Source: an uncultured Chloroflexia bacterium
GTDB taxonomy: Bacteria > Chloroflexota > Limnocylindria > Limnocylindrales > CSP1-4
DNA: 64,000 bases
Reading direction: 5' to 3'
Assembly (NCBI GenBank): GCA_963720315.1
Contig: CAVRFC010000002.1
Coordinates: 97,990 to 161,989 of the forward strand
Part shown: piece after piece, positions 8,512 to 16,996 of the stretch
Layout of the letters: each line of letters begins with the position of its first letter
Numbering within the stretch: position 1 is the first letter of the stretch
Program-made: the position numbers and the translations under genes
The notes under the pieces: model-generated
What the model saw: only the letters and a program-made list of their open reading frames with translations
What the model was told of the DNA's origin: nothing
Database searches by the model: none

Positions 8512-9656
8512 CGGATGTTCTGGACGAAGGTGGTCGGGTCGATCCGGTCGCGCTGATCGGCGATCTTGACGAGCATCGTGTCGATCAGCTCCTCGTTGAG
8601 CAGCCGCGGCTGCAGCCCGAGATCGAGGAGCTTCGAGTGCTGGGCGTTGTAGTAATGCTCTTCCATCTCCTTGCGGGGATTCGGGGTGTGCTCGAGCCCG
8701 ACGTCCCAGCCGAGGTGCTTGCCGGCCGTCTTGACCCGCTCCGCCAGCTCGAGGACGCTGAACTGCTCGGTGAACTGGTTGTAGACGCGTAGTTCGCCCG
8801 GTCCGGCGGGGTTGGCGGCCGCCAGCGAGACGCACTGGATCGTGTCGCGGATGTTGAGGTAGCCGCGGGTCTGGCCGCCCTTGCCGTAGACCGTGAGCGG
8901 GAAGCCGATGACCGCCTGGACGCAGAACCGGTTGAGGGCAGTCCCGAACACCTCGTCGTAATGGAAGCTCGTCGCGAGGCGTGGATCCAGCGCCGACTCG
9001 TCGGTCTCGACACCGTAGACGACGCCCTGGTTGAGGTCGGTCGCCCGGAGGCCCCAGATCCGTGTCGCGAAGTGGATGTTGTGCGAGTCGTGGACCTTCG
9101 AGAGGTGATACATCGAGCCCGGCGTCTTCGGGTAGAGGAACGTGTGCGACCGGCCCTTGTGATCGACGGTCAGGTAGCCCTCCTCGATGTCGATGTCGGG
9201 TGTCCCGTACTCACCCATCGTCCCAAGCTTGACCAGGTGGGTGTCGGGCGATCGGTCGCGAATGGCGAACAGGACATTGAGGTTGCCGATGACGTTGTTC
9301 GACTGCGTGTACGTCGCGGTCCGGACGTCGATCATCGAGTAGGGAGCCGAGGGCTGCTCCCCGTAGTGCACGACGGTATCCGGGCGGAAGTCGTCGATGA
9401 CGGATTCGACGAACGCGTAGTCGGTCAGGTCCCCGACATGGAGCTCGATCTCGTTCTCGGTCACCTCGCGCCAGGCCCGGACGCGCTCGTGCAGGGTCGG
9501 GACGTGGAAGAGGGGCCGGACGCCCAGTTCGAGCTCCCACTGGCGCTTGGCGAAGTTGTCCACGACGGCCACTCGATGGCCCGCCCTTGAGAACGCCATC
9601 GCCGTCGGCCAGCCGAGATAGCCGTCACCGCCGAGCACGAGGATTCGCTGAGCCAC
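8457..9656 (-). CDS. sqdB: UDP-sulfoquinovose synthase (SQD1/SqdB).
   Basis: GTG start with GGAGGG SD 9 nt upstream. Near-continuous similarity to plant SQD1 and cyanobacterial SqdB: RILVLGGDGYLGW, VVHYGEQPSAPYSMID, NNVIGNLNVLFAI, LVKLGTMGEYGTP, YHLSKVHDSHNIHF, ATDLNQGVVYGV, AVIGFPLTVYGKGGQTRGYLNIRDT, FTEQFSV, VPNPRKEMEEHYYNA. Confidence 0.9.
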   Translation of the reverse strand: MAQRILVLGGDGYLGWPTAMAFSRAGHRVAVVDNFAKRQWELELGVRPLFHVPTLHERVRAWREVTENEIELHVGDLTDYAFVESVIDDFRPDTVVHYGEQPSAPYSMIDVRTATYTQSNNVIGNLNVLFAIRDRSPDTHLVKLGTMGEYGTPDIDIEEGYLTVDHKGRSHTFLYPKTPGSMYHLSKVHDSHNIHFATRIWGLRATDLNQGVVYGVETDESALDPRLATSFHYDEVFGTALNRFCVQAVIGFPLTVYGKGGQTRGYLNIRDTIQCVSLAAANPAGPGELRVYNQFTEQFSVLELAERVKTAGKHLGWDVGLEHTPNPRKEMEEHYYNAQHSKLLDLGLQPRLLNEELIDTMLVKIADQRDRIDPTTFVQNIRWVPDSLESVPAGGAQRR

Positions 9657-9790
9657 GTCCTGTTGCCCTCCAGAGGTTCGCCTTGGTGGGACCCCTCGTC
9701 CCGGCCTTCGGGGATCGGCCGGAGTCTACCATCGGACCGCGGGCCGCGGACGTCAGGATGCCCGGCCCGCCCGGTGGTACGCTCGCCCCG

Positions 9791-11257
9791 ATGCTCCTCC
9801 GTCAGTTCGTGATCGACGGTCTCGGCCATCTCTCGACGCTCATCGCCGACGAGTCGGCCGGGCTCGCAGCCGTCGTCGATCCCCGCCGCGACGTCGACAT
9901 CTACCTCGAGGCCGCCCGCTCAGCGGACCTGCGCATCACGTACGTTGTCGAGACGCATCTCCACAACGATTACGTCTCGGGCGCTCGCGATCTGGCGACC
10001 TTGACCGGCGCGACCCACGTCATCGGGGCCGGCGCCGATCTCGCCTACGAGCACCGGCCGATCCGCGACCGCGAGTCGTTCGACGTGGGTGCCCTCCGCT
10101 TCACGGCCCTCGAGACCCCCGGCCACACGCCCGAGCACGTCGCCTACGCCGTCGCCGACACGTCCCGAGCGGGGGAGCCGCTTCTCCTGTTCACCGGCGG
10201 GTCCCTGCTCGTCGGTGCAGTTGGCCGGACCGACCTCCTCGGCGAGGACAATGCGCTGCCGTACGCAGCCTCCATGTTCCACTCGATCCGGGAGGTGATC
10301 CTGCCGCACGAGGACTTCGTGGGGGTCTACCCGACGCACGGCGCAGGCTCCCTCTGCTCGACCGGCATCGCCTCGACGCCATGGTCGACGATCGGCTTCG
10401 AGCGGCGCCACAACCCGATGGTCCAGCCCGCCGACGTGGACGGCTTTGCCCGGCTCCTGCTCCGGGATCAGCCGGCCTTTCCGCGCTACTTCGCGCGGAT
10501 GCGCCCAACGAACCAGGCTGGCCCGCGGCTGCTCGGCGGCGGTCCGCCGGAGCCCCGGCCGATGGCGGTCGAGGATGCTCGCTCCGCCCTGGACAAGGAC
10601 GCCGTGCTCGTCGACCTCCGATCGCCGGCGGCCCATTCGATGGCCCACGTTCCGGGGTCCGTGTCGATCCCGTCAGGGTCGTCGTTCGGAACGTGGCTCG
10701 GCTGGGTGGTGGAGCCTGATCGGCCGCTCGTCCTGATGCTCGACTCGCCGGCAGACTGGGACGACGCGGCCCGCCAGGCGATACGCGTCGGCTACGAGAA
10801 TCTGCTCGGCCACGTCCGCGGCGGCTTCGCGACCTGGACGGAATCTGGCGCTCCGGTCGAGTCGGGCGGCCGCCTCACGGTCGATCAGCTCGCGTCGCGC
10901 CTCGACCGGGGCGGCCCGGAGGCGCCACTCGTCGTCGACGTCCGCCAGGTAACCGAGTACGCCGCAGGGCACGTGCCGGCCGCCCTGCATGTCGCGGCGG
11001 GCCTCCTCCAGGACCGGCTCGAGGACCTGCCACGGGACCGGCCGATCGCGACGATCTGCGCGTCCGGCTATCGGTCGAGCGTGGCCGCATCGCTGCTGCG
11101 GGCCGCCGGCTTCAGCGATGTCAGCTGGGTCGCCGATGGGCTCCCGGCATGGCGCGCTCATGGTCACCCGGTCGAACGCGGGGTGGGTTCCGCGCCCGTG
11201 TCCTCGCCTGAACCGGAGACCCACGCGGCCGCCGCCGGGCACCGGCACCCCGCGTAA
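9791..11257 (+). CDS. MBL-fold metallo-hydrolase fused to two rhodanese domains (persulfide-dioxygenase-like CstB/Blh architecture).
   Basis: ATG 9791 (MLLRQFVIDGLGH...). MBL motifs THLHNDYVSG and ETPGHTPEH. First rhodanese domain lacks the catalytic Cys. Second rhodanese domain has the active-site loop ICASGYRSS. The in-frame ATG at 9758 is an alternative start. Confidence 0.75.
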   Translation: MLLRQFVIDGLGHLSTLIADESAGLAAVVDPRRDVDIYLEAARSADLRITYVVETHLHNDYVSGARDLATLTGATHVIGAGADLAYEHRPIRDRESFDVGALRFTALETPGHTPEHVAYAVADTSRAGEPLLLFTGGSLLVGAVGRTDLLGEDNALPYAASMFHSIREVILPHEDFVGVYPTHGAGSLCSTGIASTPWSTIGFERRHNPMVQPADVDGFARLLLRDQPAFPRYFARMRPTNQAGPRLLGGGPPEPRPMAVEDARSALDKDAVLVDLRSPAAHSMAHVPGSVSIPSGSSFGTWLGWVVEPDRPLVLMLDSPADWDDAARQAIRVGYENLLGHVRGGFATWTESGAPVESGGRLTVDQLASRLDRGGPEAPLVVDVRQVTEYAAGHVPAALHVAAGLLQDRLEDLPRDRPIATICASGYRSSVAASLLRAAGFSDVSWVADGLPAWRAHGHPVERGVGSAPVSSPEPETHAAAAGHRHPA

Positions 11258-11401
11258 GGCGCCTCCGAAGGACTTCCGTACGGATCGCGCCGGGGTCGAA
11301 GGCTCGTGTACCCTTGGCCACGCGGAGTCACGATCCCAGGCGGCTCTCGCCACGATTCCCAGGAGTCCAGGCCACACGCGCGCGGTCGCGGACGCCAATC
11401 G

Positions 11402-14245
11402 ATGGAGGAAGCAGTGCTTCGACCGCCACGCCGCCACACGCGATCGCTCCTCGGCATGTTCGCCGTGGTTGTCAGCCTCGGACTCATCTGGCCCGCGGGC
11501 ATCTCGGCCGGAGGCGCCACGACCACCGCCGGGGCATCGATCCCTGCCGCGCGCTCCGAGCGCACGCCGACGGTGCGCGGCCAGGGCGCCAAGCCGCTCG
11601 ACGCCGGACGTGGCAACGGTCCCGCCAAACCGCTCCAGAAGCCCAGCGTCGACGCTGCGAACAGGAAGAGCGCGTCGTCCTCGCCCAGCGCGTCGGCTCC
11701 GGACGGTGGCGCGGGCACGACAGGCGTTGCCGCGGTCCCCGACCTCGTCACCAACTCCGGCGCGCCCGCGGCGACCTCGTTCGGCCCGTGGGAGGGCCTG
11801 AACCAGACGGCCTCCGGCTTCGAGCCGCCCGACCCCTGGGTCGCGGTTGGTCCGGACGACGTCGTCCAGACCGTCAATAACAGGCTCCGCTTCACGAACC
11901 GCGAAGGGACCTTGACCGCAGCCGACCTCGGGACCTTCGAGTTCTTCGACCTCGGCGATTTCGAGATCGCGAACTCGCCCGTCACGATCGACGGCGTCAG
12001 CGACCCGCGCTGGGTGTACGACACCAAGCACAACCGATGGCTTGGCACGACGACGGGCTGGCATTGCGACGACGATGGCGCCGGCGACGGCGACGATGCA
12101 ATCGGTTTCGTGTTCGGTGCGATCAGCACGAGCGCCGACCCGACGGGCGACTACTACCACTTCTATGTCCTGTACACGGGGTACCTCCCCCACGAGCCGA
12201 CGATCGGTACGTCCGGCGACAAGTTCACGATCGGCGTCAACGAGCACGTCATGACGAACGCAGCGTCCAACTGCGCAGATGGGATCCCCTTCGACGCCGG
12301 CAGCCTGACGACCTTCGACTGGGCGAACATGCTGGCCTTTCCGGCTCTGCCCGACTTCACCTACGACTTCAATTTCGACATGTTCGCGCCGCGGCCCGCG
12401 GTTTCCCCGCAGGGCCTCTCGAACACGATCTTCGTCGTCAGCGAGCACGTAATCGCGTCGGCAACCGAATCGAACGTCCTGTATATGCGTATCACAGGCA
12501 CCAACGCCGGCGGCGGCACCGTGCTCTCACCGCCGCTCGATCTGACCAACCTCAACATCGTCGCCAGCTTTGTGGACCCGCCCGATCCAGAGGATCCGGG
12601 AGGCACCATCGTCGACGCCGTCGATCGCCGCCCGACCGACGCCATCTGGCAGGACAACGTCCTGACGTTCGCCTCGACCTTCCCGTGCGTCGCGCCGATT
12701 GGCACCGGCCGGGACTGCGCCCGCGTCACGCAGCTCAGCACTTCCACGGCGACGCCGTCGCTCGTCCAGGACATGCTCATCGGGACGACCGGCACCGACA
12801 CGTGGCAGCCGGGAATCGGCCAGTCCCAAAGCGGCATCCTCCACGTCGTCTACACCCGGTCGTCGGCGTCCGAGGGAATGTCCTCCTACAACCGCTATCA
12901 GCTCCCCTCTGACGCCGTCAATGAGCTGAGCGCGGCTCGCGAGATCGCTAACGGCGGGGCCGTCGCGTACACCGGCACCGACTGGGGCAACTACGTCGGG
13001 GTCGCTCAGGATCCGCGCGATACGAACGCGGTCTGGCAGGGCAATCAGTACACGAGGTCCAATGGCACCTGGGGAACCCGCGTGAGCGAGCTCCAGACTG
13101 CCGGCTCGACGTTCGTCGGCATCGCGCCGGTCCGGCTGCTCGACTCCCGCTTCAACATCGGGACAACAGGGCCGTTCACGGCGAGCGTCCCCAAGAGCGT
13201 CGACATCGCCGGCCGCGGCGGAATTCCGAACGATGCCGTCGCCATCACGGGCAATCTGACGATCGTCGGACAGCAGCAGGCGGGCTACGCCTCGCTTACG
13301 CCGCTCCCGAACGCGAACCCGGCGACATCAACGATCAACTTCCCGCTCGGCGACAACCGGGCCAACAACGTAACGAGCCCGCTCAGCAACGCCGGCGGCG
13401 TCAGCCTCACCTACAAGGCCGCGGCTGGCAAGCAGACCCACTTCATCCTCGACGTTACGGGCTACTTCCTGAACGACGACTCCGGCCAGACCTATAACGT
13501 CCTGACCCCGCTTCGCGTCCTGGACACGCGGTTCGATGTCGGGCTTACCAACGCGTTCCAGGCCAACGCGAACCGGACATTCCAGGTTGCCGGCGTGGGC
13601 GCCATTCCGGCCAACGCCAAGGCGATCACCGGCAACCTGACGGTCGCCAACCAGACCGGCGGAGGTTTCGTCACGCTCGCCACGAACCCGCCGCCGGCCA
13701 ATCCCGCCACGTCGACGATCAATTTCCCCGTCGGCGACGTCCGGGCGAACGGCGTGACGGTCAAGCTCTCGGGCACTGGGACCCTGTCGGCCGTGTACAA
13801 AGCCCCGCCCGGCAGAACGACCCATCTGATCCTCGATGTCACGGGGTACTACCTCGACAACCTCAACGGCGCACGCTTCGTGGCCGTCGCGCCGGGTCGG
13901 CGTATGGACACGCGGTTCCCGGCTCCGCAGGAGGGACTGACCGGCGCGTTCAGCGCCAACAACGCCAGGACGCTGGTCATTGAGCCGTACCAGGGCGTCC
14001 CCGCGAACGCAACGGCGATCACCGGCAACTTGACCGTTGTCGGCCAGACCCGTGCCGGGTTTGTGTCAATGACACCCGTCGCTGACGACACTCCGGATAC
14101 GTCCACATTGAACTTCCCGCTCGGCGACGTCCGGGCGAACGGCGTCACTGGCCCGATGAGCGGCGCCGGCAGCGTCGGGATCGTCTACAAGGCCTCGGGT
14201 GGGCTGACCCACCTGATCCTCGATATCACCGGCTACTTCCGCTGA
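11402..14245 (+). CDS. Large secreted protein: signal peptide, ~550-aa domain of unknown function, then three tandem ~125-aa repeats.
   Basis: ATG 11402 (MEEAVLRPPRRHTRSLLGMFAVVVSLGLIWPAGISAGG, an h-region followed by an A-x-A-like cleavage site). Ser/Ala/Gly-rich linker. The C-terminus has three repeats sharing RxLDTRF...AxAITGNLTVxxQTxxGFxxxTP...P.TSTxNFPxGDxRANxVT...HxILDxTGYF. Confidence 0.7.
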   Translation: MEEAVLRPPRRHTRSLLGMFAVVVSLGLIWPAGISAGGATTTAGASIPAARSERTPTVRGQGAKPLDAGRGNGPAKPLQKPSVDAANRKSASSSPSASAPDGGAGTTGVAAVPDLVTNSGAPAATSFGPWEGLNQTASGFEPPDPWVAVGPDDVVQTVNNRLRFTNREGTLTAADLGTFEFFDLGDFEIANSPVTIDGVSDPRWVYDTKHNRWLGTTTGWHCDDDGAGDGDDAIGFVFGAISTSADPTGDYYHFYVLYTGYLPHEPTIGTSGDKFTIGVNEHVMTNAASNCADGIPFDAGSLTTFDWANMLAFPALPDFTYDFNFDMFAPRPAVSPQGLSNTIFVVSEHVIASATESNVLYMRITGTNAGGGTVLSPPLDLTNLNIVASFVDPPDPEDPGGTIVDAVDRRPTDAIWQDNVLTFASTFPCVAPIGTGRDCARVTQLSTSTATPSLVQDMLIGTTGTDTWQPGIGQSQSGILHVVYTRSSASEGMSSYNRYQLPSDAVNELSAAREIANGGAVAYTGTDWGNYVGVAQDPRDTNAVWQGNQYTRSNGTWGTRVSELQTAGSTFVGIAPVRLLDSRFNIGTTGPFTASVPKSVDIAGRGGIPNDAVAITGNLTIVGQQQAGYASLTPLPNANPATSTINFPLGDNRANNVTSPLSNAGGVSLTYKAAAGKQTHFILDVTGYFLNDDSGQTYNVLTPLRVLDTRFDVGLTNAFQANANRTFQVAGVGAIPANAKAITGNLTVANQTGGGFVTLATNPPPANPATSTINFPVGDVRANGVTVKLSGTGTLSAVYKAPPGRTTHLILDVTGYYLDNLNGARFVAVAPGRRMDTRFPAPQEGLTGAFSANNARTLVIEPYQGVPANATAITGNLTVVGQTRAGFVSMTPVADDTPDTSTLNFPLGDVRANGVTGPMSGAGSVGIVYKASGGLTHLILDITGYFR
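13105..14242 (+). repeat. Three in-frame tandem repeats (~375-384 nt each) encoding the C-terminal repeat domain of the secreted protein.
   Basis: Repeat units at about 13105-13487, 13488-13870 and 13871-14242. Conserved blocks include ctggacacgcggttc, atcaccggcaacctgac and ggcgacgtccgggcgaacggcgtcac. Confidence 0.7.
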
Positions 14246-14258
14246 TCCAAGGGCCCGG

Positions 14259-14283
14259 TTGCCTGCCAACCGCAGGCGACCCG
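14259..14283 (+). terminator. Putative intrinsic-terminator-like hairpin (GC stem, no U tract) after the secreted-protein gene.
   Basis: ggttgcctgc-caacc-gcaggcgacc: 9-bp stem with one mismatch and a 5-nt loop, 14 nt after the stop at 14245. Confidence 0.3.
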
Positions 14284-14361
14284 GCCGGTACATTCGAGCG
14301 CCACGACCGGTACATCGGGCCGAACGTCGGCTGAGCGTCCGGATGGGACGATCGTCTCACC

Positions 14362-16890
14362 GTGAGCGCGTACGTCCGATCTCGTTCCACGGCCTCCCCG
14401 CTGGAGGCCGGCTTGCGCGCGCGATCGGCTCCGGCCGTGTTCCGGGAGCTCGTTCGCGGTCTCACGGGCGAACCGCCGATCCCATTGCGCGGCGGACCGC
14501 CGGCGACGGTCGTCGTCGCCGTCCTCATCGGCCTGTATGCGGCCGCCCTTGCCGCCTTCGGCCCGGTGGCCTCGGAGGTCCTCGCAGCGCCGACGTTCAT
14601 CGCGGCGGTCATCCTGTCCGGGCCGCTCGCGGCAGTAGCCTGGCTGGCCAGCCTCGCGGTCACGATCGCGATCGTTCCCTTCGCCGAGCTGTCACGCACC
14701 GGCAACGGCTTCGATGCACCCTTCGTGCTCGCATCCGCCATGGTCCTGCGAACCATCGTCGTAGCGGCCGTATCGACCCGCACCGGCCATCTCCAGCGTG
14801 AGGCGACGCTGGCCGTCCGCCTCGACAGTGTGCTCGAGATCGCCGAGCGGTTGGCCACCACGCACGACCGGGCCGCGCTCCTCCGCGCGATCGTCGACGA
14901 AACGCACCGCGGGATCGGAGCCGACGCGACGGTCCTGAGGCTCGTCCACGAGGACCGCCTCGAGGTCGTCGCCTGGGCGGGCATGGATGACGCAACGGCC
15001 GCCCGCCTCCCGGTCTTCAGCCAGGGTGAGAGCTGGTTCGGCGAGATCTCCCGGAGCGGTCAGCCGTGGGTCGTCGACGACTCGCGCCACGCAGCGGTCG
15101 CGCCAGTTTACGACCGCTACACGGGCGTTTTCGAGTTCCGCGGCGACATCATCGTGCCGCTCAGCCACGAGGGAAAGGTCATCGGCTCGCTGTCGGCCGT
15201 GACCGTCGAGCCACGCAACTGGGAGCCGGCCGACGTGGCCTTCGTCATGGCTCTCGGGACGCACGCCGCGATCGCCCTCGAGAACGCCGATCTGATTGCG
15301 CAGACCCAGCAGCGGGCCGCCCACCTGGGCGTGCTCCAGGCGGCATCGGCGCGCCTCAGCCGGGCGAGCGGCATCGAAGCCGTCGGCCGGGCGATCGTCG
15401 AGGAGACCCGCCAGATCATCGACTACCACAACGCCCGGGTCTACGTACTCGAGCCGCGGGGCGATGTGGTCCCGATCGCCTTCGCGGGCGTGGTCGGCGC
15501 CTACGAGAAGGTCGACTTCGCGCTGCTTCGCTGCCAGCTCGGGCAGGGTTTCACGGGCTGGGTGGCCCAGCATGGCATCCCGCTCCTCATCAACGACGCG
15601 AACCTCGACCCGCGCGGTGCCAACATCCCGGGGACCGACGACGTCGACGAGTCGATGCTCGTCGTGCCGATGAGCTACGACGGCAACGTCGTCGGGGTGA
15701 TCACCCTGTCGAAGCTCGGCCTCAACCAGTTCGACGAGGACGACCAGCGCCTGCTGCTCATCCTGGCCGACCAGGCGGCGACGGCCCTCGAGTCGGCCCG
15801 CCTGCTCGCTCGCAGCGAGGGGCTCGCCGGGGAGCTGCGGCGCCTGCTGGACATGAGCGGCCAGCTGTCGGCCAGCCTCGAGTCGCGCCAGGTTGCGAAC
15901 ATCATCGCCCGGCATGTCGCGAGTGCCCTCGCGGTCGACGAGTGCGCGATCTCGTACCTGGACGTAGCCAATCAGAGGCTGGCGACGCTCGGCTGGTTCC
16001 CGGAGAAGCTGGAGGCGGACCTGACACCATATTTCGAGGTCGGCGCCTTCCCCCAGACGTTCCGAGTGCTCGAGGAGCAGACGACCGTCATCGTCGACGT
16101 CGAAGATCCAGCCGCCGATCCGGCCGAAACTGCCCTCCTGCTTTCGCAGGGTTATCGGTCCCTGGTCATGCTGCCCCTCGTCGCCAAGGGCCAGTCGATC
16201 GGCCTCGTCGAGCTCATGTCGTTCGGGCTGATCGACCTCGACGTCGAGCAGCTCGAGCTCGCCCGGACGATGGCGAACGAGGCGGCAATGGCGCTCGAGA
16301 ACGCCCGGCTCTACGAGGAGGCGCGGGCCCTTGCCGACCGCGATCAGCTGACCGGCTTCTACAACCACCGCTTCTTCCACGAGCGATTCGGCGAGGAGGT
16401 CCTCCGCGCCCAGCGGTCGCGCCAGCCGCTAAGCGTTCTCATGCTCGACCTCGACGATTTCAAGCTCGTCAACGACACCTTCGGCCACCTGTTCGGTGAC
16501 CAGGTGCTGGCCTGGACGGCCGAGCTGATCCGGTCGACGTTGCGGGAGTCGGATTTCGCCGCTCGCTACGGCGGAGACGAATTCGCGATCCTCATGCCCG
16601 ACACCACGGCCGTCGCCGCGGCGCGAGCGGCCGAGCGGATCCGCGAGGCGTTCGCGAGTTCCGCCTTCGAAGGTGGCACGCGCCGGCCGGTGGCGATCTC
16701 GCTGGCCGTCGGCGCCGCAACGTTCCCGGCCGATGGCCGAACCGCGACCGAGCTCATCGCCGTGGCAGACGCAGCACTGTACGCGGAGAAGCGGCGCGAG
16801 GCCCTGGCCGTGTCGCCCGCCACGGCACGCAAACGGCGCAGGATCGGACCGAGGCCGGACGCGCCGCCCAGCGAGGCAATGTCCGCCTGA
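14362..16890 (+). CDS. Membrane-anchored multi-GAF diguanylate cyclase (GGDEF).
   Basis: N-terminal TM helices (VVVAVLIGLYAAALAAF..., LAVTIAIVPF), then three GAF-like regions. GGDEF domain with LTGFYNHRFF, MLDLDDFKLVND, catalytic RYGGDEFAIL and YAEKRR. Confidence 0.85.
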   Translation: MSAYVRSRSTASPLEAGLRARSAPAVFRELVRGLTGEPPIPLRGGPPATVVVAVLIGLYAAALAAFGPVASEVLAAPTFIAAVILSGPLAAVAWLASLAVTIAIVPFAELSRTGNGFDAPFVLASAMVLRTIVVAAVSTRTGHLQREATLAVRLDSVLEIAERLATTHDRAALLRAIVDETHRGIGADATVLRLVHEDRLEVVAWAGMDDATAARLPVFSQGESWFGEISRSGQPWVVDDSRHAAVAPVYDRYTGVFEFRGDIIVPLSHEGKVIGSLSAVTVEPRNWEPADVAFVMALGTHAAIALENADLIAQTQQRAAHLGVLQAASARLSRASGIEAVGRAIVEETRQIIDYHNARVYVLEPRGDVVPIAFAGVVGAYEKVDFALLRCQLGQGFTGWVAQHGIPLLINDANLDPRGANIPGTDDVDESMLVVPMSYDGNVVGVITLSKLGLNQFDEDDQRLLLILADQAATALESARLLARSEGLAGELRRLLDMSGQLSASLESRQVANIIARHVASALAVDECAISYLDVANQRLATLGWFPEKLEADLTPYFEVGAFPQTFRVLEEQTTVIVDVEDPAADPAETALLLSQGYRSLVMLPLVAKGQSIGLVELMSFGLIDLDVEQLELARTMANEAAMALENARLYEEARALADRDQLTGFYNHRFFHERFGEEVLRAQRSRQPLSVLMLDLDDFKLVNDTFGHLFGDQVLAWTAELIRSTLRESDFAARYGGDEFAILMPDTTAVAAARAAERIREAFASSAFEGGTRRPVAISLAVGAATFPADGRTATELIAVADAALYAEKRREALAVSPATARKRRRIGPRPDAPPSEAMSA

Positions 16891-16996
16891 GGCCCGGCCG
16901 CAGCCGGTAGTACGGAAGTACCAGTCGGTTCCACTGCTAGTACTACGGATTGGTCTGGACGCGAAGGCCACCGGACCGTCATGCTGAGTCCCGAAC

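Noticed and set aside
8511-8835. ATG at 8835 as start of the epimerase
   Set aside because: It would put 380 nt of the epimerase inside the sqdB coding region, and the extension is low-complexity. It is retained only as a remote possibility in the start-codon finding.
10673-12448. Long antisense ORFs such as 10673..12448(-), 14692..16380(-), 21493..23562(-), 25304..26932(-), 16429..17487(-) and 28865..30037(+)
   Set aside because: All lie opposite well-supported genes. Their composition is Arg/Ala/Gly/Pro-rich and low-complexity with no motifs. This is the classic GC-rich antisense-ORF artefact.
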